From: an uncultured archaeon | Lineage (GTDB): Archaea; Iainarchaeota; Iainarchaeia; Iainarchaeales; DTGL01 | Reading direction: 5' to 3' | Assembly (NCBI GenBank): GCA_964551725.1 | Contig: CAZKED010000002.1 | Span: 1 to 64,000 of the forward strand | DNA: 64,000 nucleotides | Shown: in pieces, positions 58,053 to 64,000 of the stretch | How positions within the stretch are numbered: the stretch's first letter is position 1 | How the letters are laid out: each line of letters opens with the position of its first letter | The notes under the pieces: generated by a model | The model's input: the letters and a program-made list of their open reading frames with translations, nothing else | Databases searched by the model: none | What the model was told of the DNA's origin: nothing | Position numbers and translations under genes: made by a program

Positions 58053-58877
58053 TCACCCGACAAAAAAGAGCCACATCGTCAGCCATGCCGCAACCATGAA
58101 AAGCGTTTGCAGGGGGAGCGCGGGCAACGCAATGCGCTTTTTCGCGCAGTATTCCAGCGTGAGCAGCAGCCCCAGCAGGGATGCAACAAGGACCGCGAGG
58201 CTGGGGAGGAAGAATGCCGGAAATTCGACCCTCAATGCGGAATACTTCAGTGCCGCGGTAGCGAAAACAAGCGGGATCACCATGTCTCCAGTTCCCAACT
58301 GGAAAGCGTGCTTTTTTGTGGGCAGCGTAAAAGTGAAAGCCAGGTTCTGCGAGGTAATCGCCTGAGCCATTTTCACCATGTGTTTTGTGCCAAAAACAGC
58401 GATAATGTCATAAAGCGCGAGCACTGAAATAAACACTAACACTGGCAGAATGCCCAGGCTCACCCCGAGCACAGAGCCGACGCCCGCAACGGCGAGAACG
58501 CTTGTAGCGTTCTTCAGCCATATGTTTTCCTTCAGCGCGAGCCTTGCCGCGATAATGAGCACAGCGAACATGAAAGCTGTTCCTCCCAAAAAAGGCGACA
58601 GCACTATCATCGAGGTTCCGAAAACAGCGCCTATTTCAAACAGTCGGAGGAAAACCCCGAAAAACCTCGGCTTGAAAAAAGTTATCGCAACGAGCACTAT
58701 TGCGGTTACGACCAAAATGTAAATGATAAGCCCCACGGCGTTTTCTATGTCCTCGGGGTTGTCGGTTACTATGTGGGCTTCAACGCCCTGCTCTATTAAA
58801 TTTGAGGCAACGTGCAGTCCGAGCAACTGCGTTACCACAAACAATGCAACCAGCTGGAAGAGCAACAGCTTGTTCAT
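58053..58877 (-). CDS. Presenilin-family intramembrane aspartyl protease
   Basis: LYDIIAV..TKHM, LGTGD, LPALP motifs. Confidence 0.9.
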   Translation of the reverse strand: MNKLLLFQLVALFVVTQLLGLHVASNLIEQGVEAHIVTDNPEDIENAVGLIIYILVVTAIVLVAITFFKPRFFGVFLRLFEIGAVFGTSMIVLSPFLGGTAFMFAVLIIAARLALKENIWLKNATSVLAVAGVGSVLGVSLGILPVLVFISVLALYDIIAVFGTKHMVKMAQAITSQNLAFTFTLPTKKHAFQLGTGDMVIPLVFATAALKYSALRVEFPAFFLPSLAVLVASLLGLLLTLEYCAKKRIALPALPLQTLFMVAAWLTMWLFFVG

Positions 58878-58930
58878 TAAAGGATTGTTGCTGAATGTGT
58901 TTTTAACCCTTTTCCAGAACACTTTTTTCA

Positions 58931-59302
58931 ATGGAGCAAAAGAAAAAAAACAGGAGTGCCGGGCAAAAAGTGAAGCCCTCTCGGAGGCGGAAAAAGCGCT
59001 ACATTAAATTTGCGCTTGAATGCCGCGAGCCCCTTTCCAAGAGGGATGCGGAAACCGCTATCTCAAGGCTTTTTTTCTCGGTTTTCGGTCCAAAGGGGCT
59101 GGTTGAGATTTCACCAAAACTCATAGAGTTCTCCCAGGGAGAGAATGCCGGAATAATCCGTTGCAGCCGCGCGGAACTGCAAAAAGCCGAAAAGGGCATT
59201 CTCTCCCTCAAAAAAGTGAAATCCTGCAGCGTTAAACCCAGGATTCTGGCGGAGAGCGGCACGCTGAAATCGGTGCGCAGAGCAGGCAGGCAAAGCATTT
59301 AA
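58931..59302 (+). CDS. RNase P protein Pop5/Rpp14
   Basis: KKRYI, FG..G, GIIRCSR, SGTLK; upstream of psmA. Confidence 0.85.
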   Translation: MEQKKKNRSAGQKVKPSRRRKKRYIKFALECREPLSKRDAETAISRLFFSVFGPKGLVEISPKLIEFSQGENAGIIRCSRAELQKAEKGILSLKKVKSCSVKPRILAESGTLKSVRRAGRQSI

Positions 59303-59364
59303 ATGGTTTCGCAGTATAATTCCTTGATTTAATATACAGCTGTTTTAGTGTAATTTTTTGAGAG

Positions 59365-60099
59365 GTGGATTTTTTGATTCCCGGCGCGAGTCCCAGAAGC
59401 ACCGCCTATGACCGCGTTGCAACAATGTTTTCCCCAAAAGGACGCCTGTACCAGGTTGAATACGCCTCAAAAATAGTGGAACAGGGCACTTTGGGCATCG
59501 GACTGGTTTACAAAAAGGGAGTTATTTTGGGAGCCAACAAAAACATTCCCACAAAACTCGTGATAGCGCCCTCCATTGAAAAACTTTTCAAGGTTGACGC
59601 GCACATAGGGGCGATAAGCTCAGGGCTGGTTGGAGACGCAAGAAGGCTTGTAAGGATTGCAAGGGAAAAAGCACAGGAGAACTCAATGTATTACGAGGAA
59701 AAAATTGAAGTGGAAACGCTTGTAAAAGAACTCGCCGGAATAAAACAGGTTTTCACCCAGTACGCGGGAATGCGGCCCTTCGGGGTCAGCTTCATAATAG
59801 GCGGAGTTGACTTCAAGGGAAAGCACGTGTTTGAAACAGAGCCGAGCGGCGCACTGGCGGAATACAAGGCAATAGCCATAGGAAAGGGAAAAAAGCAGGC
59901 AATGGAGCTTCTTGAAAAAAAATACAACGAAAAAGCGGGACTCGAAGAAGGAATAAAACTGGCATATGAAGCAGTAAAGCATTCACTGGAAAAAAAAGAG
60001 CCTTTTTCAATAAACAATCTGGACTTTGCATTCATAGAAGAGGGAAAGGAATTCGAAAGAATTCCCGTGAAGAAACTAAAGTCTATTTTAGGGAAATAA
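59365..60099 (+). CDS. psmA: Proteasome alpha subunit
   Basis: YDRVATMFSPKGRLYQVEYA, SGLVGDAR, RPFGVS. Confidence 0.95.
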   Translation: MDFLIPGASPRSTAYDRVATMFSPKGRLYQVEYASKIVEQGTLGIGLVYKKGVILGANKNIPTKLVIAPSIEKLFKVDAHIGAISSGLVGDARRLVRIAREKAQENSMYYEEKIEVETLVKELAGIKQVFTQYAGMRPFGVSFIIGGVDFKGKHVFETEPSGALAEYKAIAIGKGKKQAMELLEKKYNEKAGLEEGIKLAYEAVKHSLEKKEPFSINNLDFAFIEEGKEFERIPVKKLKSILGK

Positions 60100-60148
60100 G
60101 CGCGCAGCGCGCGAAAGAGAAAAAGGCCGAACCGGAAAAGGTGTCAAA

Positions 60149-60844
60149 ATGGTAAAGCTGGAGGACGCGGTTACAGCAAGGTACTCTTTCGAAAACGAAA
60201 AATTCGAAGTGCTCGTCGACCCCGACCTGGCGCTGGAACTCAAAAAAGGAAAAAAAGTGGACCTGAACGAACTTCTCGCCACAGACACGGTTTTCAAAGA
60301 CGCAGGTCAGGGCGAAGAGCAGTCGGAAAAAGCAGTGAACAAGGCGTTCGGCACAACAAAGCCGGAGGAAGTGGCAAAACAGATAATACTCAAGGGCAGC
60401 GTGCAGCTGACAACCGAACAGCGCAGGGAAATGCGCGGGAAAAGAAGGCGCGAAATAATACAGATAATTACAACAAACGCAATCAACCCCCAGACCAACG
60501 CGCCGCATCCGGTGCAGCGCATTGAGAACGCGCTCGACGAAATAAACCCCGAAATAGACCCCGTGAAGCCGGCGCAGGACCACGTTCCAGCAATACTCAA
60601 GGAACTGAAGAAAAAAATCCCGATTTCGTTCGAAAAACTGGAAATGGCGGTGAAAATTCCCGCGCAGTTCAGCGGAAAAGCACAGCCGGCACTGCACCAG
60701 TTCAAGCTGAAAAAGGAGGAATGGCAGAACGACGGCTCGCTTATCGCGGTTGTGGAAATTCCCGCGGGGTTGAAGAATGAACTACTGAACAAGGTAAACA
60801 GTTTAACGCACGGAAAATGCGAGGTTAAAGTATTGAATGAGTAA
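60149..60844 (+). CDS. Ribosome maturation factor SBDS
   Basis: FEVLVDP, QLTTEQRR, NPQTNAPHP..RIE. Confidence 0.93.
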   Translation: MVKLEDAVTARYSFENEKFEVLVDPDLALELKKGKKVDLNELLATDTVFKDAGQGEEQSEKAVNKAFGTTKPEEVAKQIILKGSVQLTTEQRREMRGKRRREIIQIITTNAINPQTNAPHPVQRIENALDEINPEIDPVKPAQDHVPAILKELKKKIPISFEKLEMAVKIPAQFSGKAQPALHQFKLKKEEWQNDGSLIAVVEIPAGLKNELLNKVNSLTHGKCEVKVLNE

Positions 60845-60876
60845 GGCATTCCACGAATGCCTTTTACGGAGGGAAA

Positions 60877-61527
60877 TTGATGAACAGAAAAGTTGTTGTT
60901 CCCGGTGAGCTTGTTTCCGGGGAGAGAAAAAAAATAGGAAGGCACGTTTTCGTCGACGAGGGAAAAATCTATTCCGATTCCCTCGGTCTGGCGGACGCCG
61001 AAGGAGAATACGCAAACGTGATCCCCCTGCAGGGAAAATACATGCCCCACACAGGCGACCTGATAGTGGGAATAATCCGCTCTGAGGAATTTTCGGGATA
61101 CGTGGTGGACATAAACTCGTTCTACACCTCGTTCCTTCCCAAGGAAAAGCTCAGAAAGCCCCTTAAAAAAGGGGATATCATTTCCGCAAAGATAAGCTAT
61201 GTGGACGAAATAAACGAAGCCGAGCTTGAAAACGTGCGCGTTTTTTACGGCGGGGAAATTGTGGACGTTGCACCGGTAAAAGTGCCGAGAATAATAGGAA
61301 AAAACGGGAGCATGCTCAACGTTTTGAAGCAGGGCACGGACTCCGCGCTGATGGCGGGAAGGAACGGAAGAGTCTGGATAAAAGGCGGAAATGTAATCCT
61401 GCTCAAAAAGGCTCTCGACAAAATAGAGGAAGAAGCGCATTTAAGCAATTTAACCAACAGAATGCAGCAGTTCCTCGCAGAGGAAAACACCAAGGAAAAA
61501 CAAAATGTTAATACTGGAGGAATGTAA
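60877..61527 (+). CDS. rrp4: Exosome subunit Rrp4
   Basis: VVPGE, YMPHTGDLIVG, KVPRIIGKNGSM, GRNGRVWI. Confidence 0.93.
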   Translation: MMNRKVVVPGELVSGERKKIGRHVFVDEGKIYSDSLGLADAEGEYANVIPLQGKYMPHTGDLIVGIIRSEEFSGYVVDINSFYTSFLPKEKLRKPLKKGDIISAKISYVDEINEAELENVRVFYGGEIVDVAPVKVPRIIGKNGSMLNVLKQGTDSALMAGRNGRVWIKGGNVILLKKALDKIEEEAHLSNLTNRMQQFLAEENTKEKQNVNTGGM

Positions 61528-62448
61528 ATGGAAGAAACAGTATATGTGAACGAAAAGGGAGAAAGGCTCGACGGAAGAAAAGTTGACGAATTAAGACCAA
61601 TAAAAATCGTTCCCTCGGTTCTGAGCAGGGCGGAGGGCTCCTGCTATATTGAATGGGGTCAGAACAAAGCCATTGCGGGAGTTTACGGTCCAAGGGAAGC
61701 ATTACCGCAGCACATTCAGGACCCGACCAAAGCGCTTGTGGACTTTGTGTACAGAATGGCGACATTCTCTGTTCCTGACAGGAAAAGCCCGAGACCGGGC
61801 CGTAGGGACATAGAAATCTCAAAAGTATGCGGAGAGGCGCTCGCAAGGGCAATTTTCCTGGAGAGGTTTCCCAACACAACAATAGACATATACGTGCAGA
61901 TTTTCGACAGCAATGCAGGCACCCGAATAACCGCCCTGACTGCAGCGAGCGTAGCTTTGGCTGACGCGGGAATTCCCATGCGCGACCTCGTGTGCGGCGT
62001 TTCCGTCGGAAAAGCGGGAGGAAAAATAATCCTCGACCTGAACAAGGAGGAGGAAGACGCGCCTGACGCGGTTGACCTGCCGATTGCAATGCTTCCGAGA
62101 ACGAAGGAAATAGTTCTCCTTCAAATGGACGGTCTGCTTAAAAAAGAGGAATGGCAGCAGGCATACAGCCTTGCGGTAAAAGGCTGTGAGGAAATCTACA
62201 AAAAGCAGGTGGAAGCTTTAAAGAAAAAATACAAGGCAAAGGAAGAACCGCAGGAAGCGGCGCCCGCGGAAAGCCGGGAAAAACCCCAAGAAAAGCCCCA
62301 GGAAAAATCCCAGGAAGAGGAAAAAATAAAAAAGGAAAGAGTCGAGGAAATAAAAAAAGAAATGGAAGCGCAGATAAAGGAAATAAAGGAAAAGAAAAAG
62401 CCGAAAATCGAAGAGTTGCACCTCGGCGAGGGAGGCGATAACCAATGA
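61528..62448 (+). CDS. rrp41: Exosome exonuclease Rrp41 with charged C-terminal tail
   Basis: RLDGR...ELRP, YGPRE, RMATFS, GTR, ALADAGIPM. Confidence 0.94.
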   Translation: MEETVYVNEKGERLDGRKVDELRPIKIVPSVLSRAEGSCYIEWGQNKAIAGVYGPREALPQHIQDPTKALVDFVYRMATFSVPDRKSPRPGRRDIEISKVCGEALARAIFLERFPNTTIDIYVQIFDSNAGTRITALTAASVALADAGIPMRDLVCGVSVGKAGGKIILDLNKEEEDAPDAVDLPIAMLPRTKEIVLLQMDGLLKKEEWQQAYSLAVKGCEEIYKKQVEALKKKYKAKEEPQEAAPAESREKPQEKPQEKSQEEEKIKKERVEEIKKEMEAQIKEIKEKKKPKIEELHLGEGGDNQ

Positions 62449-63233
62449 AAAAGGACGACGTAATATGGGAACTGAACGCAGACAAAATAAGAGAGCGCAT
62501 AAAGGAGAACAAGAGAATCGACGGCAGGAAAATGGACGAATACAGGGAAATAAAAATACTGAACGATTTCAGCAAGAACGCCCACGGCTCGGCTATTGCC
62601 CGGATTGGGGAAACGGAGGTAATAGCGGGTGTAAAGCTCGATTTGGCAGAACCCTACCCCGACACTCCGGACGAGGGCACGATTTCCGTTGGCGCAGAAC
62701 TGATGCCCATGGCTTCCCCCGTCTTCGAACCAGGTCCGCCGAGGGAAGAGGCAACAGAGCTTGCGCGCGTGGTGGACCGCGGGATAAGGGAATCCAAGGC
62801 ACTGGACTTCAAGGAACTCTGCATTGAGCCGGGAGAAAAAATCTGGTTGGTTTTCATCGATTTGTATGTAGCGAACCACACGGGCAATTTGTTCGACGCA
62901 AGCTCCCTTGCGGCAATGAGCGCACTGCTCCACACAAAAATGCCGAAGCAAGAGGAAGGCAAAATAGTGCAGAAAGAATTCACCGGCGAACTCAGCCTTA
63001 AAAGAAAGCCGCTTCTCTCAACCTTTGCAAAAATAAACGGAAAAACTGTTCTTGACCCGGTGCTCGCCGAGGAAAAAGCAATGGATGCGAGGTTTTCCGT
63101 TGCAACCACTGAAGACGGTTACCTCAGCGCGTTCCAGAAAGGCGGTCAAGGTTCCTTCTCCTCGGCGGAAATAGACCAGTGCATAGATACAGCGATTGCA
63201 AGGGGAAAAGAACTCAGGGAAAAACTCAAGTAA
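62445..63233 (+). CDS. rrp42: Exosome subunit Rrp42
   Basis: RIDGR, PYPDTPDEG, FEPGPP, ELARVVDRGIRES. Confidence 0.94.
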   Translation: MKKDDVIWELNADKIRERIKENKRIDGRKMDEYREIKILNDFSKNAHGSAIARIGETEVIAGVKLDLAEPYPDTPDEGTISVGAELMPMASPVFEPGPPREEATELARVVDRGIRESKALDFKELCIEPGEKIWLVFIDLYVANHTGNLFDASSLAAMSALLHTKMPKQEEGKIVQKEFTGELSLKRKPLLSTFAKINGKTVLDPVLAEEKAMDARFSVATTEDGYLSAFQKGGQGSFSSAEIDQCIDTAIARGKELREKLK

Positions 63234-63245
63234 CGGAGTGGTCAT

Positions 63246-63713
63246 ATGGGTGAAACAAAAAAAGTAAAGCACGCCGGCAGATTCGGTTCAAGATACGGCA
63301 GAGGAGTCAGGGACAGGCTGATAGAAGCGGAGGTAAAGCAGAGAAAACTGCACAAATGCCCCAAGTGCGGGTTTGCCCGCGTTAAAAGAATTTCAACCGC
63401 CCTGTACAAGTGCAAAAAATGCGGCGCAAGGTTCGCAGGAGGCGCTTACGTCCCAGAAACGATGAGCGGAAAAATGGTCAGAAAAATGACCAAACAGAGG
63501 GCATTCCTGCCTCTCGCAAGGGAACTCATAGAAATCAGGGAAGGGAAAGAGAAGGGATTAAAGCAAAAAAAAGAAGAGGAGGCAAAAGAGAAAAAGCAGC
63601 CCCGGGAGAAAAAAAAGGAAGAGAGCGCGGGAAAGGAAAAGGGAAAAGAGAAAAAGCGCTCCGGTGAAAAGAAAAAACCCGGGAAGGAAGAAAAAAGGGA
63701 AAAGGTGGAATGA
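63246..63713 (+). CDS. rpl37ae: 50S ribosomal protein L37ae (eL43) with long Lys/Glu tail
   Basis: GRFGSRYG, CPKCG..RVKR, CKKCG..FAGGAY.P. Confidence 0.93.
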   Translation: MGETKKVKHAGRFGSRYGRGVRDRLIEAEVKQRKLHKCPKCGFARVKRISTALYKCKKCGARFAGGAYVPETMSGKMVRKMTKQRAFLPLARELIEIREGKEKGLKQKKEEEAKEKKQPREKKKEESAGKEKGKEKKRSGEKKKPGKEEKREKVE

Positions 63714-63845
63714 ATGTACAAATGCGTTAAGTGCGGGAAGGAATTCGACGAACTGCCCAAAGGTCTGGTAAGATGCCCTAACTGTGCTTACAGAGTCCTT
63801 GTCAAAATAAGGCCTCCAACAACAAAAAAAGTAAAGGCGAGATAG
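63714..63845 (+). CDS. rpoP: RNA polymerase subunit Rpo12 (RpoP)
   Basis: MYKCVKCGKEFDELPKGLVRCPNCAYRVLVKIRPPTTKKVKAR*; below the ORF-track cutoff; canonical position. Confidence 0.9.
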   Translation: MYKCVKCGKEFDELPKGLVRCPNCAYRVLVKIRPPTTKKVKAR

Positions 63846-64000
63846 TGCAGCAGTTTCCATTCTCTCTCAAACTGAGCTTTTCTTTCCAGAGCAAAGAAAA
63901 AGCCGGCGCGGTTTTAGGCGCAGTAATCCCCGACATTGGAAAGAGAAAGCATTTGCGCTCCCGCACCGAGCTTGAAGCAAAAGGCGAAAAGCTGTGCCTT
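63845..64000 (+). CDS. KEOPS subunit Pcc1-like, partial (runs off window)
   Basis: GTG start, F.SKEKA.AV..AVIPD......RS; canonical position after rpoP. Confidence 0.65.
   Translation, partial: MQQFPFSLKLSFSFQSKEKAGAVLGAVIPDIGKRKHLRSRTELEAKGEKLCL

Noticed and set aside
60307-61440. 377-aa minus-strand ORF
   Set aside because: Antisense to SBDS and rrp4, with no motif.
1-64000. CRISPR array, cas genes, rRNA, tRNA, stop-codon reassignment
   Set aside because: No regularly spaced repeats or RNA-gene signatures were seen by eye, and conserved genes end normally at all three stop codons.

Overview
An archaeal chromosome segment, densely coding and mostly housekeeping. Gene content and style suggest a DPANN lineage, possibly Iainarchaeota/Diapherotrites (inference, not searched). 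It carries replication/repair genes (rfcL, two PCNA paralogs, priL, priS, GINS, RPA-like OB folds, topo VI A/B, mre11, EndoQ-like) and translation genes (pheS/T, aIF1A, aIF2a/b, aRF1, eS27, uL16, eL43, dph2, truD, rnz, NOB1, RIO1, KH/Dim2). It also has the proteasome-exosome superoperon, an S-layer/glycosylation cluster and a few metabolic genes (ppsA, acs, pyrH, cysK, type II PanK). The best novelty candidate is at 45975-48003. A small winged-helix regulator that the ORF track misses lies upstream of, and ATGA-coupled to, cysteine synthase. It can only be read from its ATG by a +1 shift at CTT-TGC (Leu-Cys), in a context resembling the prfB frameshift site, which suggests a cysteine-starvation-sensing frameshift. 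A perfect 17-bp operator-like palindrome overlaps the TATA-like boxes of this unit and of a divergent thiI-like gene that has lost its PP-loop. Other oddities are a truncated, frameshifted TnpB whose putative guide matches 9 nt beside its own left end, a ~250-bp foldback element, and an apparently chimeric first ~120 bp. No rRNA, tRNA or CRISPR array was seen.
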